NCBI RefSeq assembly: GCF_021028975.2
Contig: NC_059436.1
Location: 6,696,001-6,760,000, forward strand
DNA from: Sphaerodactylus townsendi
Lineage: Eukaryota
DNA length: 64,000 nt
Direction of reading: 5' to 3'
Below are positions 22,006 to 35,524 of this stretch, one piece after another. Within the stretch, counting starts at the first letter, position 1, and every line of letters begins with the position of its first letter. The position numbers and the translations under genes were made by a program. The notes beneath the pieces were generated by a model that had not been told where the DNA came from, searched no databases, and saw only the letters and a program-made list of their open reading frames with translations.

Positions 22006-25000
22006 ATCTCAGCTTTAAAGTTCCACATTGCAAGAGAAGTTGACTTGCAGAAGACGCCAGGGGTGGGGTGTCTGTAGTCCTCAAAATAGGATGGCTTGAG
22101 CAGAAAGAAGGCATCTTGGGGGAAACACAAAGTATCTGAGATTGTTTGTTGAACTATCATTCTACAATTCAAATATACTGCTGAAATACAAATACCCCCG
22201 CCAGCCAATGACACACAATCTGAAACTACTGATTAAAACAAAGTTAATCATATCATGTAAATCCATAAATGCTTGCCTGCAAAATAGAAGCCCAATTCTA
22301 AAACTTTCCCCTCTGTGAAAAAAAGAAATGGATTCATTTCTTTTAAAAAGAAAAAACAGTAGATTGGCACAGAAACATTCATTGCTGGTGGGAATGGAAA
22401 ATCAGTCTGCATAAAATAATAGCACCTGGAATAGGGTAGAAGAAGATGCCTGACAGCACCTCCTCAGATGAGGAAGAGACAGAGGAAGCTGCCCCTGCCT
22501 GCCCCCAAGCCCTTGGGGGTCACAGGAAGACCCACCAGACAATGCAAAAACTCTGGCCCTTTCCACACAACCAAAATAACACATTTTGAGACAGGAAATA
22601 AAACATTTCCACCATTGAGTTCTGCATGTTTTTTCCCCCAATACTATGAGAAAAGTGACCATCTAAAAATATGAAGATTGGACAACAGAAGTAAAAACTG
22701 GGGGAAATCCAGTGGATTTTGATTATGCATATGTAGTGTGAAAAATCTGACAAGAACTCAGCATGTTGCTAAGATTTGAGCTGATCCCTAACTCCAACCC
22801 TTATTTTCCAAGAGACTACACACAACCACCAGTTGCTCATGATTTCATTTTGCTTAGATTTGCATCACACTGAATTGTGTTCCCTTCACAATTTGGCCAG
22901 GTACTCAGTGCAAAATCAAGAAGGAACGAACAGAAAGAATAAGCTTCCATCATGAGTCATGATGAATACTATGCAAGCATATCGGTTTGCTGCTGTTCTC
23001 CCTGTCAGATGAGAGTGTATACCCTGAGAGGATAAAGGACTGACACACAGGACTGATGGACCCTGACTTAACATGGTTGAACAATTCTTTTTCGTAGATT
23101 TTTTTTTCAGACCTGCTCATCAAAAGACAGATATTGGTGTGAGTGAGAAATCGCTTGGGATTCCAAAGCAATCCCTGGAAGAGAATCTTGAGAAATAGAC
23201 TTGTGAATACCCTGATGCATCAATCCTTCATCTATCTTACAAGACAACTTTCTTGATCCTTTCCTCTCTCCCTTCCATTTAGCAACATGTCTGCTCAGAT
23301 AGTGGGCAGTCAGTTAATCTCCCTGCAAGATATTCCACTCTTGTTAGCCTTGTCTCAAGGACAGCTGCCCCTCATGTTAAACCTTAATTCCAATATTATC
23401 GATTTACATTAATGCGTTTGAATAATTTCCACTTTTCCACCCCTGCCTTCCTATTGCAGTTGCTCATTTCCATTTTATTTAAAGAAAAGACTCCCTCAGC
23501 AACATCCTATCTCTTTCTGAGAAGGAATATTTTGACTACAAGCGAAGAGCTTTGAAGACAACCAGACTGATGAGATTAGGAGAGAGAGAGCTGGAGAGAG
23601 CACAAAGTTAAACAGAACTTTCTTTTCTTTCTTTTCCTTTTTTTTCTGAAGCAACACATCAGAAAGAGGTTGACCATTTATGCATTTATCACAACTGCTT
23701 GCTTCACAATGTGCACGCCCTGGGCGCAATTTCCCCTTGCTCCACCCCTGGGTAGCAGCTGACACTACAGCATAAGGATCTTCATTGTGTGACTGAACGT
23801 AAGCTGTAACAGCTGTTTTGTGGCTGTCTCCTGCAGCAGCCATTTTGTAGCTGCACCCACTATGCTATGTCAAAGTTCCAAAGGTGTCTGCAAGTTCAAA
23901 GAGGTTGAAGACCTTGATCTATGTACTAATGTCATGAAGGGGAGCATATGGGAGGAAATGAAAATAGAGGTGAGCAAGATACAATCTGACAAAAACTCCA
24001 AATAAGACTTAGATGAGGGATTTCCACATGAATCTCTTGGCTCCCCTACACTACTTAGAGCCAGTATCAGTGTAAACTGAGATGGAGCAACTGCCAGGGT
24101 TCAGACGTTTGGTGGGACACACACAGCTGGTGAACTTTACCCACACACCTCCTCTGCCACTTGTCTGTTCCCAATTGCCCAGAGACTTTGAAAAAGGGTT
24201 CGTGGGTGGTGCACAGTGGTGGCACAGCACCAGCACTCCCATCTGCATTCACTGGTCAGTGTTGTCAGGGGCGCAGATGGTGTAGGCAACTGAGCAACTG
24301 AGCATGAGTGGCGGTAGGATTGGCAAGCAGGAGGAGGAGGCATGAGCAGACTAGGGCACTTAGGTGTGAGGGTGGAAAGGCATGAGGGAGGTCCTGGTGT
24401 GGGCATCTGCCCAAGGTCCCCCAACACTGGTCCAGAATCTCAGGCAGAAGAAGGAGAAGAAGTAGCACAAATCAGGGTCCTGTCATTGTAGGAAGGTTTG
24501 TCTTGATGTAAGAGCTACTTTTGGGAAACTTTCAACGTGATTCTAGTTTCCTGAGGTCCTTTCCTTGGCCAAGTGTTAACCATGGGGTGAGGGATTATGA
24601 GGAAATGGACTGATATGATCCAATAGCTCTTAAAACATGGAACCCTCCTAATATCCCTTGTCCCTCGAGTGAACAACTTGCAGGGAGAGAGGAAAAAGAA
24701 CCCTCACTTCTATTTGCCTAGCTCACTGTGTCCAAACTTTCTCTTGGATACCACCTGGTACACAATATGTTGGACTTCACATTCCTGTGCAAAAGGCCCA
24801 GGATTAGTTAATTACCTAAGCAACCAGGAGACCTTTGAGGTTGTTGCAGGTCCTTGTAGACACTACCAGGAAACCTGCCAGCAAACAATTTGCCATAAAG
24901 CACTTCAGTGGTTCCATATAGCATGGATTACAAAACCCATGCATGGGATGAAAGCTGCAGCATTATGCTTTCCAAGGAGAATTCTCTCTCTTATTAGAAA

Positions 25001-26023
25001 ATCAATTACACCTTCCATTTGGTGCAGGAAATATTGGAGACGACAAAGTGCCTGGCACTCCTGTTCACTCATAAACTTCCTTCTCGGCACAAAGATCACC
25101 ACAGAGATGCTAATAAAATTTTCTATCTGGTGATTCGTACACATTTCAATATTATACTCCTGCAATCCGGTGTGGTGAATGGAAAACAAATTTAAATCAT
25201 GATAAAAGCTTGGGCAGATGCTATCCATAACGTTAACTGCTTGTCATTGGGAGAGATGCATTTGGGGTCCCTCGGGATCAGCAGTTCTCATTTCTCCTCA
25301 CTGTAAGCCTATAACATTTATTGTCTCTGAGTAGGAGCTACAAGGTATTCTATTCGGATGAAGTGTTTGATCGGATTTGTATATGTGTGTGTGTGCGTGC
25401 GAGTGTTTGTGTTGGTTTATAGTGTGCTCCTTCCTGTCTCTTTCGATCTCCGCTCTCTATTTTACTTCTCCTGAATGCTGCATGAATTCACAGCTTCCTT
25501 ATTATTTTCTGCCTTGCCAACAAAACTCTTATATCATTCCTGTTTGGCTGCTTCTTGATTACATGTTCACTTAAAAATCAAGCATGTTTTGGCTTTTGCT
25601 ACTAGCACCCAATACTGCTTCACAGCATTTTGATACACATACACTTTCAAAAGCAGACAAGGCAAGGTTATAATTGGGATCATGGTGGCTTAGTACTGGA
25701 AGCTGGTTGTCACTTTAAGATTAGCCCTAGAACATGTGAACCAATCAATGGCTGTCTTTGAGAATTGGTATACTGTCTTTCTGTAACATCTAAGGCCTGT
25801 TGTTCTCACAGGCCGGGGCTATGGCTGCCCTATAATGATCAATATCATCTACTATTGTGACTAGTAGTGGACTAGTAGTGCAAATGCTCATATATCCTCC
25901 AAGCAATCTGTTTGTAAGAAAGAGCCAATATATATTTATTTTTACAAATGAAACTGGGGGAAAGAACTTGGATAAATGTACCATTTCAATTACACATTCA
26001 GCTGTGTGTGTATTCCATATGAC

Positions 26024-26188
26024 CAAGACCAGAGCGAGGGGGAACAGCGCCTGGGGCACGCATGTGCCCTGCTCCCCTGCCACACCCCCACCCACCCCCA
26101 CTATGCCCCAGAATGCCCCCACCATGTTCCCGCACTGGCGCGTGCCCAGTGAGTCGCGCCCCTCTGTCCCCTTGGCGCTACGCCACTG
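26024..26188 (+). mobile_element. GC-rich hAT MITE
   Basis: Ends ...gcgctacgccactg; imperfect 8-bp TSD catatgac/catgtaac; same family as 16894-17071. Confidence 0.8.
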
Positions 26189-29184
26189 CATGTAACATGA
26201 GAATTACTCAACAAAGAAAATCAAGAACATGGTCTACATAAATTTTATACATATTTAATGTAATTTTTGAATGGGGTTATTGGCTTTCCAGAATCTCAGG
26301 CAGAAGACTTTCATATCACCTCCTACCTAATTATTTTTTCCTGGAGATGACACAGACTGAACAGTAGATTTCAAGTTTGCTCATATTGTTTCGATGATTG
26401 GAGAAGGGTCAAGTGGAAATGTGTACGCTGTTAGTGCTCCCAAACTTTATGTCAATTTGAGGTCTGAATAAAGGTTACACACACACAGTACTTTCCATTG
26501 TTTAGCTCTCCTCCCACTGAAATGTCAGGAAAGACTGGTTTTTAGTCCAGTTTTTGCCCTGTGACACAGTATTTCTTTCTATGTGCATTGACATTAGTAG
26601 TGGGGAAACATTTCTTCATGTGAGCCTCATTTCCCTAGGATAAATTGATTCTACCTGAACACATGTTTACACAGACTCATTTACACATGAAGTTTTCCAG
26701 ATTTTTTTCCAGTCCTTCAGTTCATATGCATCTTTCCACCACACATTACCTGTGTGGCATATCATGGAAACACTTGAAAAAGACAACCTTTATGTGGCCG
26801 CACACACTGTCACATCAAGATTACAGGAATGCACATGTGTTGAACAAATTTTGATACAATCCTCTTTTTGATGGACCATGCCAAGATTGCTTTTTGCAGT
26901 GTTTCATTAGCATGCATCAGTAATAAAGAAAAAAAAGGCACATGAACTCGGGTGGGGGGCACAAACCTGTGGCCAACTGGGCATGATCCATGATTCTAAA
27001 ATTTATTCTAGAACAATAAAGGAATAGACCAAGAGAAATCTGCTTGTCCCTAGTTAGAAGCTATTGAACTGGAAAAGAAAAGAAGCTAGATTAATAGAAG
27101 GCACTATATAAGGGAGAGAAGGAGAGAGAGGACTGAGAAAAAATTGAAACAGTACATGCTGAGTGAAGCTTGCCCTGCAGATATTTTGCTTCCTATCTCG
27201 GTGTTGCAGAGAGCTTCAGACCTACAGGTTTCAAAGTTACATCAGTGATTGCCTGCAGTAAACGAGAGGTTTTCTACATTCTCAGTCAGGCTTCAGCTAG
27301 GAAATCTATAACATTATAGTATGGATTTTGTTGGAAATGGGGGAAAAAAATATCATGCTACAAAAAATACAAAGTTAAAGTGATTGTCACCGTCACCCAT
27401 TATGGAAATTTTAACCGATTGATATTATTATGGCAGGGGGTCTTCTCTTGGGCAAAGTGCAAGGCACCAGTCTTAGTTCAGAAATGTCAAATTAATAACC
27501 ACAATCCTTATTATTACTGGGAATAGTTAACTGTACTCTGTTCCACAGAAAGATGATAGTAGTGTTGTATATTTATCGTCACAGAACAAAGTAAGCCAGA
27601 TTTTCTTTGTTGTAGAATGTTCCACCTGGATCCTAGTGCCTACCTAGCATTGCTCCCTCCATCCATTTGGAAGTTGTTCAGTGAACTGTAAATGCTCTTG
27701 TATCAAAGTACCATGTTCAATAATGCACAAAATATTGGTTTTGGCAAAAGTCACCACGTAAAAATGAATGATAATTTTCATATTTATTTGGGACTATATT
27801 CTAATGCAGAAGCATACCATTTTCTCAACCATTGCACCTCAGCTAATCATACTATTATCTTCCTGTGGCACAGAATATAACAGTGGACTAGGGATCCAAC
27901 ACAGTGGGCATGCAGCTTTGTTCAAGTAGCCGGGATGAGGACAATCAGCTGTTTGATGGAGAAGAAGGAGAGAAGAGAGTGGATGAAGATACCAGTCCTT
28001 CCCACTTGAGCAGCTGGTTAGTGATTCCATCATGTGTAACCTTAGCTATTGCACAGGTTGTATGATTTCCTATCCAAATGGGGATGCATATGTACAAGAA
28101 TGGTTTCTTGCACATAACAACATGTTTTGCATCTGATTGTGGGTGGTGGTGGAGAGCCTGTACATCTAATTTTATAGTAACAAGGAATATAAAAAAATAG
28201 TGATGACAAGTTTTTCATACATATGACTACCTGCTGGATTCCAACCAATACACCCCATCTTTGAACTATATCTTCACTTTTGTATTTGCCATTCTCAGAT
28301 GCTTTCAATGCATGGACCCAGACACATTTTATTTATTGATATTAATTATACTATTTCTAATCTGCTACATCATATTAGTCTGTTATTCCTTTATTCTTTG
28401 TTCATTCCAAGGCTATTCTACTCGGTGTGCTTAGGTGAGAGCCAGACAACCCTGTTTCTGGCCTGCAGAAATATCTTCCATGCTTTAGCCAAGACCAGCC
28501 ACTGTTGCCATTTATTTCTGGCTACATCCATGACACCCTGATGGATCAGACCAATGGCCCATGTAATATGGCGTCCTATTTCACATGCGGTGAAGCAGAT
28601 GCCTTTAAACGCTCACAAGCAAGGCACAGAAGCCAGTGCTTCTCCTGGCTGTGTTCACCGGCAATTGGTACCAACAAACCAACCTGCTCATTTTTGTTTC
28701 TTTTTTATTTCAAATGCTCATCCAGACATTGGTTGTACCAGCACCCTCCTCTATGAAAAAGGTGAGAGACAACCAAATGTGTGTTAAACTAGTTTATTAA
28801 AAGGGCTGATACGCATTCCCAGAAATAACTACTTCAGAGGGTTGGTTGTAGATCAGTAGCCCAGCAGCTACCAGCATTTGGGCAACTATACCCTAGCTCA
28901 CATCATGGCTGGTGATCCGTTAGCCTTGTTTTTCTTTGCTTGCACATCAGTTGTGCTAAGAAGTGCCAAGGTTCATCCCCAACCTTCAGTATATCACACC
29001 AGATTTGGTTGAATCCCCTGAGATTTGGTTGAAATCACTGAGAAGTCTCCCCAGCTCACCGCACCATAGAATGAATGATGCCCTGGGCATCACATCCCTG
29101 CTGACCTCTCTCCCCTCCCCAATCTCTGCCCTCCCCAGTTACTGTCCCAGCTCTCCAGAAATTTCCCAAACTGGACTTGACAAC

Positions 29185-29320
29185 CAGTGGTGGGATTCAG
29201 CAGGTTTGCACCACTTCGGCAGAACCGGTTGTTAAAATGGTGCTTGTAAACAACCAGTTGTTAAATTATTTGAATCTCACCACCGGAACTGGTTGTTAAA
29301 TTATTTGAATCCCACCACTG
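29185..29320. mobile_element. hAT MITE (CAGTGGTGGGATTCA TIR) inserted into the terminus of a Blackjack-like element (~29030-29333)
   Basis: Perfect 15-bp TIR; perfect 8-bp TSD TTGACAAC (29177-29184 and 29321-29328). Confidence 0.93.
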
Positions 29321-29439
29321 TTGACAACCCTAGCTGTGGCTAAGCACTGTAAGCAGTGCAATGCTTCTCAATGGGCAGCAAGACCTGCCCTCTGCTGCCC
29401 CAGTGCTTTTCAGTGGGAGTTCTCTGAGCAGATAAGATT

Positions 29440-29878
29440 CTCTTATGGTCGTCTGTGTATCTTCAAAGATAGAGCCTCCAAAATTAAAAAAGGAAAACTA
29501 TATATTGCTAGAATTGGCAAGACCAGCTGAGTAACTATGCACTTTTTGGGCTAAAAAGGCACCCTGGATCAGAACCCGCAGAGCAAACGTCCTGGGGCAA
29601 CCTTCAGCAAATGGCGGCAGGGAGAACCCCTTCAGCTGCACACAAAATGTTGGGCGCAAGAAAGCTGAGGTGGAAGCTGACCTGAGAGCAAAACAATCAG
29701 GTGGGAAACAGCCTCTTTTCCACTCTGATGCTTTTGCTGTCTAGAAAGAATACCAGAAGCCACCTCTTTTAAAGAGATCCTTTGGATCTCTTATTTTGGG
29801 TGTTGGGAGTGAAAAGAGGCAGTTGCCTCTTTTGAAGATGTTCCAGACGTCTTTTTTTGGACTGTGTGGAATTGACCT
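29440..29878 (+). mobile_element. Single arm of the 21.3-22.0 kb foldback family
   Basis: aactatgcactttttgggctaaaaaggcaccc...gcagagcaaacgtcctggg...cacaaaatgt matches 21831-21955; ends gtgtggaattgacc. Confidence 0.7.
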
Positions 29879-30571
29879 AGATGCCCTGGGCTTTTTCAGC
29901 CCATGCATGTGCCAGAATCAGGCCTGATCAGAGTTATTCAGAAGAAGTGCTCTTCTTAAGTTCATAACATGAAGAAATGAATTACCATTTGATATTTCTA
30001 GATGAAACTGAGTAATTAATTGAGCAATGCATTAATGGTATGATTAGTTTATTCAATTTTCTATGTAAATGTCATCAGGTTTAAAAGATGTTCTAATGGG
30101 AAAGAGAACTGAAGCTAAGGTATTCCTCTGGCCATTCCCCCATATGGAAGCACAGCTGGCCACATTTGTTCTCTTTCTATATAAATATGTTTCATTAACC
30201 TTGCTAATTTGGTATAGGTGCTTCTTTTAAGAGGAATAGAGATGAAGAGGACAATCACTGGGAAAGTCTGAGCAATCAAGCCACAAATTGGGACTTCCCC
30301 CCCCCCCTCAAAACACTTGTCCTTTGTCTCCTCAAAGGATAGGAACATTGACTGAGCTCAAAACTCATCCAGATGTTTCACTATATTGTGAAATTGGTGC
30401 CCTAGTTGTGGCAAACCTGAGTCAGCTGTTGCAAGGGTGAGAAGTAGAAGTCTCTGTATCTCTGGTCTTTTGAATCATGAGGCAGCCCCTACATTCTGAA
30501 GCACTGGGAAATTACTGGAAGAACTGGGACATTCTAATGGGTCAGATCATCTTAGGTAACATAGTAACATA

Positions 30572-30712
30572 GGCCCCTTCCGCACATGCAAAATAATGCA
30601 TTTTCAAACCACTTTCACAACTGTTTGCAAGTAGATTTTGCCATTCCGCACAGCTTCAAAGAGCACTGAAAGCAGTTTGAAAGTGCATTATTCTGCATGT
30701 GCGGAATGAGCC
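30572..30712. mobile_element. Young palindromic MITE (PIF/Harbinger-like)
   Basis: Differs at about 4 of 141 positions from the reverse complement of 45895-46035; sits inside a (gtaacata)n repeat. Confidence 0.9.
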
Positions 30713-31763
30713 TCAGTAACATAGTAACATAGTCTTAAGGTGGTTTTTTTTTTTGCATTATCTAGTTCATTTGCAAATCCATGAGAATAATGAACTGTCA
30801 GTGAGTACCAAATTCCTAGCAAGGAACTTTGATATTCTCCCCCAAGGCTGTAGCTCCATCCAGGGATATGTGAATACAACATTTTTCATTTCTTTATATG
30901 TGTTTGTGTTTAGCATTTTCCACCTTCCTAATACCTTATGTCATTGTATGCCAGTTGAACATCAATATAGCTAATACCTTATCTTTGGAGACTGAAACAA
31001 ATTAAATAAATAATAAATACAGCTGGAGTCTTAGAGGGGCAGAAAAAAGAAAGGCTGCATAGTTAGTGGGAAGGATAGAAGAAAGCAAGGAATAAGGGAG
31101 AGGATATGGAGGCTGCCAGGAGGAGAGACAGATAAAACAGTGGGGGGCAGAGGTACAAGGGAGAAATGAAATGACCCTTACAAATTCCTACAGGTCCCCC
31201 ACAAACATCAGTTTTAATGCTGATTTTATTGCTAAATTCAATCTCAGAAAAGATTTGTTACAGTTTCACCCTGACAGCTGAGAATCCACAAAACTTTCAT
31301 ACTGAATGAGCATGATCACAAAATTGATTGACAGCCACAGTTCCAGCTGAGTTCTGGTAAAATCTCCCTCCCTCCCATCTTTAACTGGGAGAATGATGTT
31401 TCTTCAAACTCTGATTTGTAACACTTGAGAGCACTTATGTTCGCTTTACTTTCATTTTCAGCTTTAAAAGCGTCATTCTTTTTTCTACATTTCTTTTTTG
31501 CTTTTTTGCTATATTTCTTTACATTGATTTTGATTTTTTCAATGGGAAAAAAATTAAAATGCATTGTTGTGCTGTTGCACTGTGCAACCATTGCGCCTCC
31601 TCGGTGTTCATAACATTACAAATGTGCAACAATCCCGCCCTTTAAAATGAATATTACTTATCCTATATAGTCATTCTCATTGCTGTAGAATTAAGAAACC
31701 ATCCCTTGATTTAATAAGCCTGCAAATATTGTTGTAATCAGTGTGGCAAGAAGAAGGACCAGT

Positions 31764-31965
31764 CCCTGACCTGAATGGCTTGGGCTGGCCTGATTTTGTC
31801 AGATCTCAGAAACTAAGCAATTTTGGTCCTGGCTAGGACTCGGATTCAAGACCACCAAGGAATAACAGGGCCACTATGCAGAGGAAGACAATGGAAAGCC
31901 ACCTTGCTCTCTTGCCTGGAAAACCTTACTGGATTGCCCTAAGTCAGCAGTGACTTGACAGCACT
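31764..31965 (+). mobile_element. 5S rRNA-derived Sauria-type SINE
   Basis: cctgattttgtcagatctcagaaactaagca...gaccaccaaggaat (5S-like), then gcagaggaagacaatggaaagccacc...gacttgacagcac. Confidence 0.75.
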
Positions 31966-33224
31966 ATGTTCAAAAGGAGGACCAGTACATTTCTGTTCTG
32001 ATGCAAGATCTGTTTGACTTCACTGATAGGAAAGCTTCTGTGCCAGTTTAATTTCTTTTGACTTTCCCCCCTTCAACTGGGCCTTCTTTAACTTTCTAGT
32101 GCCAGACTAGTCAATGCTTTGAAAATGAATGAAAGAAATGGCATCCATTGAGTTGTTTCTATTTCTATTCATTATTGTTATACAAACAAAATATTTTTTG
32201 TTTAATTTTTCATTAACTTAGAAATAAATACTTATCACAGTGTGAGGTCATCTCCTGACTACTAGCTCCTATTGACAAAACAACAATTAGCCATCTTAGA
32301 TTGTTACCCAGCAGTCCACCTAAAGAAGGCTGTGTTGGCCGGCAGCTGAAGCAACAATATTGAATATGGGAGTTTGTGTACTGCTATAGTGTCCTCATCA
32401 TTCTTTGCAATCCCATTTTCACAACTTCCATATCTGCAACGAAGGCCTAAAAATCAGATACACCATGTGGCTTACCTTCTTGTTTGTCTGATCCAAAGTC
32501 CTTGGCATTCTAGAGAACTCTTTCAACTATCTTTTATTTCCCGATGAAATATTTTAATATATGACTGTGTGGAATGAAAATACCCCCCCCCCAATTATAT
32601 TTCTTGATCGCTTTTCGATTAACAAGTGCTGCCATGAACAGGAGCCACTAATGTGCTGCCAACACAATTAAGATCATGCAATTAATTTCACTAATGAAAG
32701 AATCTCCAAATGTGCCTTAAAAAAGGAAAGATAATTATTTTTCTTATGGTTGTCTAATTTTCTAAGGTAAATACCAAGCTATTGACATTTTGCAAAGCTC
32801 ACTTTTATAAATAGTGCGTTTCCATTGTGCTTGACATAGTATAATCCTTCTAGAAAGCTTATTAGATCCTTTAATGTAATGTAAAGTTTTATTACTTTTA
32901 GTTATTACTGTGTTTGTTTTGTTGAATTAATTACTAACCATCTTTAGCCTATATAATTCATCCTGGCAATCTTGACTTTTTCTCCTCTAGGAACTTTTTC
33001 CAAGTTTGAATCATTGCCATAATTATTGATTATTAAAAGGAATCATTAGATTGATTTCTGGGATCTACTGAGTGCTTGACAAGTAACATGTTGCTTTATT
33101 TAGTTTGATTTGAATCTTGAGCAAAAATGTTGTAAGCTCCTGTTTATATCATCTTCTATTGCAATATGGGAATGGTGCAGCATTCTTTTGCTTCATTTAC
33201 TTCACTTATACCCTACTTATCTTA

Positions 33225-33546
33225 TCCACCGGGCTTTTGGGGCGGCCAGCTGCGGATTGGATGCCCCGTGTTGTGTGCCGTACCATAATCAGCATTACCA
33301 ATGTGACATCTTTTTGGTATTGTCTGTCCCCTCCCGGCCTTGGGATCGGGCACCATCATCAGTATCATTTTTATTGGGTTTGGAATGCTGCTATCTTATA
33401 TTGAGTTGAGTTTTAATTATTTATTAATTATTTATTGTGCACTATTGTTTTTAGTTGCTGTTCTGTTGTACACCACCCAGAGCCCTTCGGGGGTGGGTGG
33501 TTTATCAAGTTTAATAAATAATTATTATTATTATTATTATTATTAT
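33225..33546 (+). mobile_element. L2-type LINE 3' end with (TAT)n tail
   Basis: ttgtacaccacccagagcccttcgggggtgggtggttta...aataaataattattatt. Confidence 0.6.
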
Positions 33547-33730
33547 CTCTCCAGTGGGGACCCAAAATGGCTTATAACATTCTCCCCTTCTCCATTTTAT
33601 CTTTACTACTGCCCTATGAAATAGCTGCCTAGTCCAACAAACTATGACTGGCCCAAGGTCACCCAGCAAGCTTCCATGACAGCGTGGAAAATGGGTCTCC
33701 TAGACTATAATACTCTTAACACCACACCAT
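33547..33730 (-). mobile_element. Degraded CORE-SINE (Squam3/MIR-like)
   Basis: tgactggcccaaggtcacccagcaagcttccatg...tcttaacaccacacc. Confidence 0.7.
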
Positions 33731-34324
33731 GCTGTGATGATGATCCCCAGCCTAGGTAAGTTGAAAATGAGATGTGCTACAATTATATGGAGTAATTTAT
33801 CAGTGTCTATTAGCCAAGATGATGACATAAAAATTTATAGTCTTATGCAATGCACCTTTGGATACTCGTTGTTGAGATATTCGCCTTCATACCTTGGTTG
33901 TGAGTTTCCCAGGAGGCATCTGGGTGGCTACTACAGTGAGAGCCATTGTGGTTTAGAGGTTAGAGAGTTGGACTAGAAGTTCAATGACATTATCAATAAA
34001 CTTGCTAAGTGACTTTGAGTCAGCTAACTCAAAGAGCTATTGCAAAGATAAAATGAGGAAGGGAGAACAATTCTGAGCTACTTGGAAGAAGGGCAGGATA
34101 AAAATCTACTAAATAGATCTGTTTGACCCCTGTGAGTCTGGATATTCATGAAAATTTTGGCCACTGAATTTGTCTACCAGATATGATTTGTTGACTCCCT
34201 GGCATGACACATCATAGCGGACCCAAATGCATTTGTTTTCTTCCCTCAATTTGTCCTTCATGGCAAGATGGACTAAAGTACATTTTCAGGTATGCATTTT
34301 GGGGAGATGGTAGCATTCTGTGTA

Positions 34325-34395
34325 TTGTCAAAGGGTTTCATGGCTGGAATTAACAGACTGTTGTGGGTTTTTCAGGCTTTATGGCCATGGGTTAG
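34325..34395. mobile_element. Penelope-like element terminal fragment
   Basis: gtcaaagggtttcatggctggaattaacagactgttgtgggtttttcaggctttatggccatgg resembles the squamate PLE terminus as I recall it. Confidence 0.5.
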
Positions 34396-34399
34396 GAAT

Positions 34400-34598
34400 C
34401 TTGTAAAGATTTTTTTAGTGGAGGTGGATATTGGGGAAAGCTGTGTTTGGGGAGAAGAGGGACTTTAATAAGGTATAATGCCATAGAGTTTACCCTTCAG
34501 TGCAACCATTTTTTGCAAGCGAAATGATCTCTGCGGTCTCAAAATCAGCTGTAATTCTGGGAGGTCTCCAGATCTCACCTTAAAAGTTGGCAACCTTA
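34400..34598 (-). mobile_element. hAT-type (Blackjack-like) element
   Basis: gtataatgccatagagtttacccttc...aagttggcaacctta. Confidence 0.7.
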
Positions 34599-35524
34599 AT
34601 GCCCACAGATAGAAGCAAAGACACTTCTTGTACACTACTGGGTTTGGGAAGGGTGTCATTTTGAAGGGTCAGATTCCTCCGGGAGTGTTGGTATCCATAA
34701 GGTGATGCCAGCCTTTGACACTGGCCCTATTTGTCCATGCTTGTAAACCCCAACATAACTTTCAGTCTGCAGGAAAAAAGGTGAGCTTCTAGCCATATCG
34801 TGGAACCAGGTTTCAACCTTTTCCTCCAGCCGAGATCGCAGGCCATTAACATTGTTAATGTTCTTGCTAAATCTGTTTGGAGAATGTGACAAGTCTAATT
34901 TGTTACTGACAAGCCAGTTGGGAGTTGCTTTAAAATGCATCGCTCTAGCTGTTGTGCTCTTTTGAATGGATCTGCGGTTCCTGTCAGGTAGGCTTGCTAT
35001 TTTGTTAAAGACGATCAGTTATTTCATCAATCTTTCCAGCAGCAATCCAGATTGCTAGGTGGAGGGGGGCCCTCCTCTGTATTCTATCCTCTTTTCTTTT
35101 TTTGGGGGGGGAGAGAAAAAACCCAGTAAAATGATGATCATGATGCAGAACAAAGAGGAAGTAGCTTGAGGAAGAATTTAGAAAGGAAGTCGACCTTGAA
35201 TCATTTTAAGCACAGTTATTTTAATTAAATTGTGCTGCTGGTTACCATAAAAGAAGATATCATGCATCCTTCATTACAGTAGTTTGGAAAGATCTTGTCA
35301 CACACACGCAGGGAGAGTTTGAGCCTCAACTTGTGCAGCACAAAGGTTTAAGTAGGCATCAGGTTAGCAATAAATCGGCAAAGGGTTTTCCTTTCCTTTG
35401 TTAATGGAAATAAAGGTCCAAATTAAAGATGCTGGCCTCCAGGTGGAGCTAGGAGAACTCTTGCAATTACATCTCATCTCCAGACAACAGAAATCTGAAA
35501 TTGAAAAATGCTGAAATTGAAAAA

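Noticed and set aside
31764-31870. Functional 5S rRNA gene
   Set aside because: Heavily diverged, lacks 5S termini and is fused to a SINE body
33740-33765. Second recursive site (CTAG|GTAAGT)
   Set aside because: Poor polypyrimidine tract and directly adjacent to a SINE head
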